The notes beneath the pieces were generated by a model. It worked only from the letters and a program-made list of their open reading frames with translations, was not told the DNA's origin and did no database searches. A DNA stretch of 33,700 nucleotides from Sphaeroforma arctica JP610. Taxonomy: Eukaryota. Made by a program: the position numbers and the translations under genes. Of this stretch, positions 1 to 11,240 are shown one piece after another. Each line of letters opens with the position of its first letter. Position 1 is the first letter of the stretch. Location of the stretch: the NCBI RefSeq assembly GCF_001186125.1, contig NW_014040551.1, positions 137,475 to 171,174 on the forward strand, written 5' to 3'.

Positions 1-112
1 ATATAAATTGACTCAAACTGTTCGTACGTGTCTTGGATTAAATCTAGGAACTTCACTCCTAACGAAATTGTAGTTGAAACCATAATTAGGACGTATAATC
101 GCATCTACGTAC

Positions 113-259
113 CTTTTGCTTCTTGGCCACGGCAAGTCCGCCAGTGCTTCCACTGGGTGTGTCTGCACTCACGTTGTTTTCCAGTAGTGACAGAGGAAGT
201 TTAATCGACTTTTTAGGCTCGTCCGAATTGCCGGCCCGCTTATGCTTGTGAGTCGCCAT
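113..259 (-). CDS. First coding exon of an unidentified gene that continues beyond the window start
   Basis: ATG at 259 opens 49 codons (MATHKHKRAGNSDEPKKSIKLPLSLLENNVSADTPSGSTGGLAVAKKQK) ending at a phase-0 donor AAG|gtacgt. An alternative donor AAC|gtgagt lies at 173/172. No domain recognised. Confidence 0.55.
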
Positions 260-714
260 GTTGGAGACCTACGTACGTTGACTTCCGAGCTGGGTTTTGA
301 AGTGAGTGCTGGCGGTTGCTTGTAAAAATAACGCTGTACAGGTATTAAACAGTCGCAACCGGTAATAAATATTTACTATATATATGTAGACGTATATATT
401 TATATGCTTAGCGTCTTTAGTCCACGCACTATTAGAGGACAACCGGATCTTGGCTGATTATGATAATACCCTGATAAGAGAAGGGCACGTGAATATCCAA
501 ATGACCGCCAAATAGGGTACCGAACATCCTCTCCGATGGTTTTGATAACCCTCGGACAGAGGAGACTGGACTCTGGACTCTGGAGAGACCGTTTACAGGA
601 TACAGTTTGTGGGATTGTAAATACATATTTAAGTTTACTTCGAGTATTATTTGAAATAAAGTGAGGGTGTCGGACTCTGTAATACGATGTCACCAGAGCC
701 ATAGCACAGTTAGT

Positions 715-3333
715 ATGCCTCAATTCGACGAAAGCATCATCAATGCGGTGCTGTGCAATGAAACCAACCCCGTTATCCATCTGCTAGAAAATGGATTCAA
801 TGTGAATGAAACGGATGATTGGGGGTACAGTCTCTTGCACTATGCGGCCAGCAAGGTATTGATTGTTCAGTGAGTATGTGCCTCTACAAACACATTGTAA
901 TATCTTAGTTTCGACTAGCATTTGAATACAATGCATATATAGACATTATATATAANNNNNNNNNNNNNNNNNNNNNNNNNNNNNNNNNNNNNNNNNNNNN
1001 NNNNNNNNNNNNNNNNNNNNNNNNNNNNNNNNNNNNNNNNNNNNNNNNNNNNNNNNNNNNNNNNNNNNNNNNNNNNNNNNNNNNNNNNNNNNNNNNNNNN
1101 NNNNNNNNNNNNNNNNNNNNNNNNNNNNNNNNNNNNNNNNNNNNNNNNNNNNNNNNNNNNNNNNNNNNNNNNNNNNNNNNNNNNNNNNNNNNNNNNNNNN
1201 NNNNNNNNNNNNNNNNNNNNNNNNNNNNNNNNNNNNNNNNNNNNNNNNNNNNNNNNNNNNNNNNNNNNNNNNNNNNNNNNNNNNNNNNNNNNNNNNNNNN
1301 NNNNNNNNNNNNNNNNNNNNNNNNNNNNNNNNNNNNNNNNNNNNNNNNNNNNNNNNNNNNNNNNNNNNNNNNNNNNNNNNNNNNNNNNNNNNNNNNNNNN
1401 NNNNNNNNNNNNNNNNNNNNNNNNNNNNNNNNNNNNNNNNNNNNNNNNNNNNNNNNNNNNNNNNNNNNNNNNNNNNNNNNNNNNNNNNNNNNNNNNNNNN
1501 NNNNNNNNNNNNNNNNNNNNNNNNNNNNNNNNNNNNNNNNNNNNNNNNNNNNNNNNNNNNNNNNNNNNNNNNNNNNNNNNNNNNNNNNNNNNNNNNNNNN
1601 NNNNNNNNNNNNNNNNNNNNNNNNNNNNNNNNNNNNNNNNNNNNNNNNNNNNNNNNNNNNNNNNNNNNNNNNNNNNNNNNNNNNNNNNNNNNNNNNNNNN
1701 NNNNNNNNNNNNNNNNNNNNNNNNNNNNNNNNNNNNNNNNNNNNNNNNNNNNNATATATATATATATATATATGATGTTTTCTGTTGATATTTATAATTG
1801 TCGTTTTGGTTCTATATATTTTGAAACACATTTGGGTTTCTATAGTGATTTGTTGAAAATTGATCTACATATTTATTTGTTCTAGTCTGTTCATGTTATG
1901 TTCGCCAACACTTGGGATACATAATTTTGTCAATCATTTTATTGTCGCGAATACCTGAGATTAAGAACTTCGTTTGATAATGTTAGTGGTATTATGCTAG
2001 TGGGCGACAAATCGACGATACGGCCGTATGTGATTACTTTTGTTCTACGTTTCCGTACACATCCACAATCGTCACCGAGTTGGACTTTTATATAGAGGCA
2101 TCGCTGGTTGTCTCGCGAATCCAAGTCGCCATATAGATCTGCTTATATTTTCAACTTGTTAAAACAGGGGCACCAAGAGATGTGTCTCATACTGCTGCAG
2201 AGGGGTGCAGATATCCGCTTAGTCGACCAGGACAGCCGCACACCAAGATCGGCGGCTCTAGAGGTATGTACGTACTCCTAAGGTGGTCACATGGCCGGAA
2301 GGTGTGGGGGTTGTCTATGGTCACCCGCAATTATAGTTGGGTCAAACTTGCATTGATGCATGTACCTAAGCTCAACGCTGTTGAGATTCATATATCGGTT
2401 GAGGAAATACACATTAAACTGTATTGGCGAGGCTGGCACGTAAAATGCACTCAGTAAAATACCAGTGGATGACCAACATAAAAATTGATCCTTGAAAACT
2501 GTACCTTTTCTTTGTCAACAGTAATCTTAGCATATGCAGTACATAATTTAACACACATAAGTGTAGAACAACCCTTTGATTTTCCTACTACAACATGCTA
2601 TTCCGTGTTCATTATTTCAGAATGGGGAAAATCAAATTGTAGATCTAATTGACACCTGGATTGCTCTCAAAGGTATGCATCACACCGTCAAAGTTGATTG
2701 CAATCTTGGCAACTCTGTGTCGGTGTCATCGAAGCTTAGTTTGCGCGACCACTTAATGGTTAGGTACTTTTCATTGGATCTCTCACTTACATGCCATCAG
2801 CCCAGGGTGCGGCCTGCCTAGATATCAAATCTAATGCCAGGGAAACCAACCCCAGTTTGCCTTCCACCGTTGTTCCAGCACCCAAACGGGCCGCCAAGGA
2901 ACCGCGGCAAGACCACGACGCTGATTTGGCAATGGACGAGGTATATTCGCTCTTACGAATCGATTCAAAACGCTTGTCATAGCATTGTAATTAGGCGTGA
3001 TATTGTGTTGTTAATTTTGTTCGCAGCTATATTGCTGTATAACCCATCCCCCCACTACTCACCCGGAGTTGCCGTATCTTCGTTTATGTGTGTTTGCCGG
3101 TCCATATCTGCTCTGACCACGTGTGATTGCCTGATATCCCGTCTCACACAAATCACTATATGACCATTAACTATTATCTGCAGGCCGGCGGTGAACCCAT
3201 TTCAAATAGCACATCGTCGAACAAGCGCAAGTCACCAAGTCGACAACACTTCTGCTACATGTGCGGCACAACCATGATGCCAAATGTTTTGCAGGCGTTC
3301 TGCCACTCGTGTGGTGTGAAGGTTAACGTGTAA
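715..3333 (+). CDS. Small ankyrin-repeat protein with C-terminal CxxC...CxxC zinc ribbon (5 visible exons)
   Basis: Phase-consistent GT-AG exons 715-855, 2168-2263, 2621-2672, 2801-2940, 3184-3333. Ankyrin consensus LLENGFNVNETDDWGYSLLHYAASK|GHQEMCLILLQRGADIRLVDQDSRTP. C-terminus FCYMCGTTMMPNVLQAFCHSCGVKVNV*. Confidence 0.85.
956..1753. other. Assembly gap (N) flanked by TA repeats, inside intron 1 of the ankyrin gene
   Basis: Run of N. Confidence 0.99.
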
Positions 3334-4033
3334 TTACCGCAGTCGATCGTGCTGACGAGTGCCTCGCTAGCGTGCTTTCACTACTCGATTTGGGAATCTG
3401 AGAAATGTTACACCAATGGGCCCGATGTGAGTATGAATCGCGGAAGTTGTCCCCCATTTGCGACGTAAAAACAATGCGCATCACTCCGGATAACAATGCC
3501 GGCGAGATTATGTTACAGGTTTGTCATGTGTGCGGGATGAACATCACAGAAGCAGTCTCACTCAACACACAACCCTGGCGGTGGATATGTCACTGGCATT
3601 CTCATCTGGTTGCAGCGTGAAGGTTCAAGAATAGTACAGTTATGATGGCCCGTAATGTCAGATATTTTGAAGCGTTCTGCCATGCGTACGAAATAGATAT
3701 CAATATAATGCACGACTTAGGATCAGAAACCTATCGTACCTGCAGCGCAAGTATCATACCAAACCTTTACTAGTCTGAACGGCAGTAGCGTACTGATACC
3801 TTTCACAAGAACAAGGGAACAAGAGTGAGCATGTGATATCCTTGAATATGCTCTGCGCGCAATATGAAAAAGCGTGTATCGCTCGAAGTCTCGAGTATGA
3901 CACAGGTAATAAACTTCAAAGCCCTTTCCCAGCTATACTGTAGAAGATTCTCGTTGCGTCCTAAAGCGTCCTGAAAGCCGAGTAGTCACAAATGTGATGT
4001 GCTCGGCAGCTAAACATGAAACTGCGCCCGTAA

Positions 4034-6802
4034 TCAGCCATTTCCCGCTGCTGTCCCATTCACCACTGGCGCTTGCATATCCCCTTGATGTGCATTTCTT
4101 CCTGACGCCTTACTCCCACTCGGATTATTTTGGTGGTTGCTATTGTCTCGCGGGGGCTTGTGTTTGTTCCGATTGGCAGAGCTGGGCTTATTCCTGGGCC
4201 TGCCCGTTCCCGCCGTCGTAGTGTTGTCACCCGAAATTTTCCTACGTGATTCACCACCAACCTTCTGATCATTCGGACCATTTGCCCCGCTCGCCGCGTG
4301 TGGTTTCTTTCTATGGGTCCTCTTAGGCTTGCTACCGCTCTGTTCCTTTCGTAGCTCTTCCTTATTCGTCCCTTCTTTTCTTTGATTTACCCGTTCGTGG
4401 TGTATGTTCGATCCCTCCACCCGTTTATATGGTCCCTCGCCCCTTTCCCTCGTCCCATCAGCTCTCTTGTTACCCCCACCTTCATTCCCTTTCCGCTGTT
4501 GTCCACTTCGCCGTCCATTAGAGGTTTCGGTTTGTGCCAATCGAATTGATACTTTGACCGTCGGCCGCTGCTGCGTAACTTTCAATCTGTCATTATGCAT
4601 AACAAAGGCAACATTTGAATCGGTTTAGTACAAAGAATTTACAAAGGGTTTGCGCGCAGAAATAACAATTGATGAGAATCCTCATCATGTTCGAATCGAT
4701 AGAATGAACCTAATATGGCTCTGCATTCTCCAAATGTATATTACCAACAGTCAGCACAGCGACATACACCATATTCTCATTGAAATCATTGAAAGCCAAG
4801 AATATGCAAATTTACTGTAAGAAAGCAAGCCAACCGTGATAGAATACGTTGAACTTATTAAATGCCAAATATAGAATTTTCAAATATCACATACTTCACG
4901 AGTCCTTCCATGATGGGCTCGTATATCTCAATGGTCTCATAGAACCCTTTGGTCACCTTGTCGACCTTGATAACACCTGTGAGACAATGAATATTTAGAC
5001 CATTTACCATATCGCAATAAAGGTAGAATCGTATCCATCTGGATGCCTGTCGCGGGAGCTCCGCAACATTCATAATGTTATTGTAGAACAAAATAACAAC
5101 AGCCTGGGTGTCACAAATGGAACAATATATTTATTAAGTGCGAAAAGATACAGATAGAGAAACCAACAATTCAATCAGTTGGAGGTAAACCCTCAATGCC
5201 GTGCTAGTGGTCATTTCATATAACCTTCTCCGGAATAGCTCATACAGCTCATGCGATCGTAATAAATAAATCCCAATCACAAGTCTAGAAAACGAATACT
5301 AAGCAGATCATTGATTCCCACACTATGTGCAGATATTCGTACCGATAGCAGCCAATTCTGAAGTGGATATCATGACTTTTTCGACGCATGATGAGACGCC
5401 AGTGACTGTCAGCGGTTTTGAGGCTTTCTGCACAGATAATACCGTAGTGAGTAAATTACACAGTATGAGAGCGAAAAACAGCTGACTCGCAGTATCATAG
5501 CCAAAGCTTTAAGAATGGAAAATTAGTCGTTGTATCAGTATGCAATATATACCAGATACCAATACTATCCATAAAGTAAGTTTGGATAACATAGGAAATT
5601 CATCACATATTAAGTATTAAGAGAACAATACATATATACATACAACGAATAACATACAAGCAATTTGTATTGATATGCAATTATGTTTATAAACATTTTC
5701 GTACGTGAGTATATGAAAAAAACCTCTACATGACGTGTATATATATATATACATCTATATACACACAACATATATATCTATACACAAAATATAAAATAAT
5801 ATATAATAATATGATAATAATATATAATAATATAATAAGAAAATAATATAATAATATTATAATATAATAATATAAGAATATATATATCGATATATATATA
5901 TATACATGAACATCTGCATATTCATATACAATAGAATACATATACTAAATTTAGACACTCAATATATGCTTCTTATAAATATAAATATAAATACATAAAT
6001 ACATATATNNNNNNNNNNNNNNNNNNNNNNNNNNNNNNNNNNNNNNNNNNNNNNNNNNNNNNNNNNNNNNNNNNNNNNNNNNNNNNNNNNNNNNNNNNNN
6101 NNNNNNNNNNNNNNNNNNNNNNNNNNNNNNNNNNNNNNNNNNNNNNNNNNNNNNNNNNNNNNNNNNNNNNNNNNNNNNNNNNNNNNNNNNNNNNNNNNNN
6201 NNNNNNNNNNNNNNNNNNNNNNNNNNNNNNNNNNNNNNNNNNNNNNNNNNNNNNNNNNNNNNNNNNNNNNNNNNNNNNNNNNNNNNNNNNNNNNNNNNNN
6301 NNNNNNNNNNNNNNNNNNNNNNNNNNNNNNNNNNNNNNNNNNNNNNNNNNNTATATATTGAAAGATTGGTGGATATATATGATTATCGATGGGGAGTTTA
6401 CCTAGGAATCACCAACCCAAGAATTGTAAATATGGAGCAGAACAGTGACATACAAGAAGAATCAGCATCAGCCATCAACCATTGGAAATTAACTTACGTT
6501 GAGCCCTTATATGTAATCATATATCTACAACAAAGTATATAGGTATGTGAAAAATCATACACGTGTACATACACATACATATTCATTTATGTATTCGAAT
6601 ATGCCTATGATATTTGAATACAATATATATCAAAGTCAAACGCATACGAAACAATGCGGGCGAAGCCTCCTCTACTGGGCACTCACTTCCTCACGCAACG
6701 TTTCAACGATGGCTGCCAAGCACACATCCACAGAGTGAGTATCCTGTACTCTGAATTCTTTGTCCACATTCTCGGCTACCCAACGCACGGCTGAACCAGG
6801 AA
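4034..6802 (-). CDS. Unidentified multi-exon protein-coding gene with a basic, low-complexity C-terminal tail; 5' end unresolved (may extend to about 7660)
   Basis: Phase-consistent GT-AG chain on the minus strand: 5427-5343 (SLKTADSHWRLIMRRKSHDIHFRIGCY), 5284-~5191 (RLVIGIYLLRSHELYELFRR..), ~5103-4895 (..GVIKVDKVTKGFYETIEIYEPIMEGLV), 4814-4768, 4709-4643, 4586-4034 (LKVTQQRPTVKVSIRL..NG*). A further candidate exon lies at 6802-6687 (PGSAVRWVAENVDKEFRVQDTHSVDVCLAAIVETLREE|gtgagt). Gap 6009-6351 interrupts the model. Confidence 0.6.
5738..6008. repeat. AT-rich low-complexity / (TA)n-(ATA)n tract
   Basis: Seen directly in sequence. Confidence 0.9.
6009..6351. other. Assembly gap (N)
   Basis: Run of N. 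Confidence 0.99.
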
Positions 6803-8118
6803 CTAAGCGATAATTATTCATATTAAGTCTGAATGATGGGCTCAAAGAAGTATGGAATATTCTTTACTGGGGTTCGAGTTTTCAATACAACTGATTCTAG
6901 TGGAATGATATATATATATCGTATTTACTATGGAAGAACACACATGACCCTATTATATATGTGTACTGTATTTACATCACACTACACACGGCCCTTGGCT
7001 CTAGTAAGATAGTCATACATCGTTGCAAAATGACAGGATTCATTGAATTAAAAAGTGCGGACCACTAATACGTTTTACGTTATTTCGTATAAAAACCACT
7101 ACATTTTACGTTTACGTTTAACAGTTACTTTGGTTTCGTCCTTATCTTTGATGTAAATAGGTGCACGACCTCTGTATACGCTATAACGGATAAATATCAG
7201 AGCTTTATTCGTTCCCGTTAAACGTATATTCTGAACCATGACACTGTGAGTCATTTTTGTAAGGAGGCGCTATGTATGTCAATTGTACCCTAAAAACAAA
7301 CTTCTTGATCAGGCACTGCGTCTTGGATTAAGTACACATTTGCAAGTGACAGGTTTCATATAGCTAAATTCATTGTGGGCTCAACTTCGGATTCTTCTTG
7401 ACAATATGAAGGCGTACAACTTTTGTGCGGACGTGTGGTTAGTGGTGTGTATATACATTTTCAGGGCTTCAAATCGGTTTGTGATGAGGTATTGCTGACG
7501 ATAGGCTACAACTGGTATTTCTCTTAGTGACACATCTCCGAACTGCACTGTGGCACAGAAAATTCCAGGGCAAACAGTTATAGCGACTGTCCTTGTAATT
7601 TCTCCGGACCTGCCCTATTCTCCAAAGCGGAATATTGTCTTTTCCCCTCGAATGAACCATTTTGCCCGCCTAGCATCTATTTCCTAGCATAACTCATTAT
7701 GTACCTTACACTTGTTCTTTTAAAGAAAACGGCGAGGTAAACAAATACTTATATTTCCAGAAAAAGAAGAAAATACTAGAATTGGGTATGCATGTGACGG
7801 TACTAATAGTTGACTCTGCATTGCCCTTGCACATGATTTAAAGGTAGAAGACAAATTGAGAGGCCGGGCAATGAATATTCATGCAAACAAACTAGTTCTT
7901 CAATGCTAGACATAGGTACTCGGGTGCTATTCTCCACATCCATTCATAGACTGCACGCCACGAATCACTGACAACCTCCGACACTGCCATGGTAGCCTCC
8001 ATAAGTTGGACTGTACTGTCAATCAGAACCAGACTTTACTGTAAGTGGGAATATCTAAGGTACATATCTACTCGTGGCTTTTGCCATGCATTGCGATGTC
8101 TAGTATAGTTGGACTTAA

Positions 8119-10257
8119 TCACAATTTCGCTTTCTCGGATGACCTCGACTTGGACTTAGACTTCGATCGTGAGCGCGAACTCGAGCTGTTCGATCGGGAT
8201 CTACTCGATCTAGATCTAGATCTAGATCCACTGCTTGAACGAGAGCGTCTCCTATTACCACGGTTGCGACTGCGACTTCGGCTACGACTACGACCTCGAC
8301 TGCGGCTGCGGCTGTAACTGCGCGATGGCGATCTTCGCCTTCCAAATCGTGCCAGTGATCTGGATCTAGAATTGGGAGCGATGTGAGATATGGCTAGCGT
8401 TGAAATGTTGGAGGGGAGAAACTGTTGATTGCAAAATATTCCTAGCTTGAATTATTGATAGAATTGGAGGGAGCATCAATACTTGCTTCTCGTGGCTTCC
8501 AGTCTTCACTTCTGAAAAATTGTCGGTGTCAACCCAACTCACAAGGCAGTACAGGCCGACAAAAGGTAACTGCAAATAAACATGACCGTAAATATGATTT
8601 GTGCATGCACATATACAACTCCTGTCAAAAGAAGGATCGATCACTGTCGTTACCTGGATCGCCGTCTGTATCCGCCTGCATAGCCTCTACTACCACGATA
8701 GCCCTCGTAGCCATTGCGGGCTCGTCCCCTGTATCCACCACCCCCACCACCATACCTCCCAACGGGACCGCCGTACCCAACTCTGCGACCACCACGAGCG
8801 TATGCTGGTGCACGGTATGGCGACCGCGATCTGAATATAAAGGGACAATATGAAGTGTATAGCGATGAGACAAGTGTAATGTTAGCTGGTTGCGTGTCAA
8901 AGGGAAAGCCGTGCAAATGTATAGCGGGATCTAACAGCCAGAGAAGAGCAAAACCACCTTGAGGTGCACGCCAAATCGAGGTATGATCGAGCCTAGGTGC
9001 GTATTAGAGTCGCTAGTGTGGTACACAACTAAATACAATCAGCAACACAACCTCATCCCCCTTACAACTTCCAATACACGATCGTATGAGTGTATATACG
9101 TGAGATAGTCACTATATAATGCAAGAAGTACCAGAGCGTCGTCAACAACTACATACCTCCTGACAGGTGCAGGAACCACTAGTTTGATGGTAATGGCTTG
9201 CCCATCGATTTGCCCTCCGTTCAAGTGTATCAAGGCTTCTGAAGCCGCTTCGGCTGTTTCATACTCAATATTAGCAGTCCCCGTATACTGTTCGATTGTC
9301 GCGTGGTAAGTTATTTAGGCTATGAATAAGTAATGACAGTTTAAACGGCAAAAAAAATCGAAAAAAATATCGCTCATCTTGCAGTAGTAGAAGAGTGGCA
9401 ATTTTTGATATCTATTCACAGCATCATGTTTGCGCATCGGTCTACCGTGACCAATAAAATTAGGTACACTGTGCATAAAATAAAGACACGAAGTCCATAC
9501 TTAAGTACATTCCATCTCATCGCATAAGTACACAAACTGTGTTTCATATCTTAAACATCGTGCTGGCGGGCGTATATCATCAAAAGTGGCAACAGCATAT
9601 TTATAGAAACAAGACTTACAAATCCAGTCCTTTCACTCACTGCGTAATCCAGCTCTACAATCTTCCCGTATTTACTGAAAATCTCACTCATATGATCCTT
9701 CGTTACGTTTGTAGTAATGTTGCTGATTTCGATTTTCTTCACTGGCGAGATAGAGCGTGCGCGTGATCGACGCCTTGAACGCGATCGTGATCTTGACCTT
9801 GAACTGGAACTGGAACTGGAACCAGATCTGTTGACATTTGGAAAGAAATAAGAACAGCAGTGGTTTAACATCATATATGGGCGTCAGCGAATGAAGACCC
9901 CGCAGTAGGTTTAGTACGTGTAAATATATGTGGTGTATGCATAGAAGTACAATCGGCGCTAAGCTTAGTAATATACAATATCATCGAAGAACTATAGGTG
10001 AATGCACACACCCTAAATGTGCGATGTACTCAGCGAACCACAAACAGAAAGCTATACATGAGATAATCTCGACGGGTGTAAGCACGCAAATCAAAAAGCG
10101 GAGGAATCTGACAATCAAATAGGCTGACTGGGATATTCAACTACATCGAGCCTCTTGTTAACTTTACGAGATAATGTTACAGTGCAGAGTAGGACGTGAA
10201 GTTTGTGAAGGATTTTATATATAAATTTCCATATACATATACACACACACATATATA

Positions 10258-10298
<41 letters not shown>

Positions 10299-10686
10299 AA
10301 GAGAAGAATATATATATANNNNNNNNNNNNNNNNNNNNCACAGGCAAAGTCTTGTAATTATATCCGACTAAGGACGTAGGTCAAATCTATGTAGTACACG
10401 CTGCTGGATTTCACTTGCACTGTCACATATCATATGCCTATGAATCGATACACAATTTTTCATGAAAAATTGATCATGCATAAGACCTTGAAATCATAAA
10501 CGTGATGTTGAATGTATTTAAGTACCTTGACCGACTGCTCGACCGTGAAGACCTAGATGACCAGGATGAACCGGAAGAGTTCGACGAACGCGAAGAGCCT
10601 GACCTAGCCGTACGTCTGCGACTGTGACTGCGACTACGACGGCGACTGCTCACACTACGGCTCCTACCGCGACTGGTTCGCGCCAT
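8119..10686 (-). CDS. RNPS1: RNA-binding protein with serine-rich domain 1 (RNPS1/SR45-like; RS-RRM-RS splicing and EJC factor), 5 exons
   Basis: Phase-consistent exons 10686-10526, 9827-9620, 9287-9157, 8830-8654, 8365-8119. RRM KIEISNITTNVTKDHMSEIFSKYGKI...GF|YTGTANIEYETAEAASEALIHLNGGQIDGQAITIKLV contains the GGQIDG signature of RNPS1/SR45. It is flanked by N-terminal S/RS-rich and C-terminal RS-rich tracts. Confidence 0.92.
10231..10338. repeat. (TA)n/(CA)n microsatellite followed by a 20-N gap (10319-10338) in RNPS1 intron 1
   Basis: Seen directly in sequence. Confidence 0.95.
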
Positions 10687-11240
10687 ATTGATTGAAAGTA
10701 ATGTACTATTTGTACTGAAATGTAAATTATGGACTGTAATGATAATCAAAAGTCGGAGTCTGAGGTATTGGTACTCGAAATATACAGTTAGTGTATGGCA
10801 CTACTATGTATGGTTGTACAGCTGGATGTACACAGTGTATAGACAATATACCACGTAAGCGCTGCCTTCAGGGTATAGTACACACCCAACTATTTACCAC
10901 TGTTTCTGCCTGTAATAAATACGAACTGTATGCACCATACATACCGAACACATTTTTTTATATAAAAAATGTGTGTAATTATATAAATAAAAAGCCTTGA
11001 AAAAGTCAACAACTATAAAATCGCGTGGGAGATTGTGACTCATTTTTAAGCCGGTGTGCATAATAGTATAAAGCGCCGGTAGGTTTTGGTGATATTGGAG
11101 AGCAAGACAGCGACAAGTAGGCGGAGACGGATACGCGAGTTACATGCTGTGTAAGTAGTGAAGTGCATGCGGATGCATTTATGCATGTAAAAAATATACA
11201 TATATATCTTTACTGGGCGATTATACATCAGGAACTTAAG

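Noticed and set aside
905..1831. 308-aa ORF
   Set aside because: It consists almost entirely of the N gap.
3618..3620. In-frame TGA as selenocysteine in the ORF downstream of the ankyrin gene
   Set aside because: It is not at a Cys-equivalent position, no SECIS is recognisable, and the surrounding repeats are degenerate.
4977..5007. Possible 31-nt mini-intron in the orphan gene
   Set aside because: An alternative model reads straight through in frame and joins the upstream exon consistently. It cannot be decided without transcripts.
8045..8962. Plus-strand ORFs rich in LDLD/RLRL/PPP
   Set aside because: These are antisense shadows of the RNPS1 RS- and Gly-rich exons.
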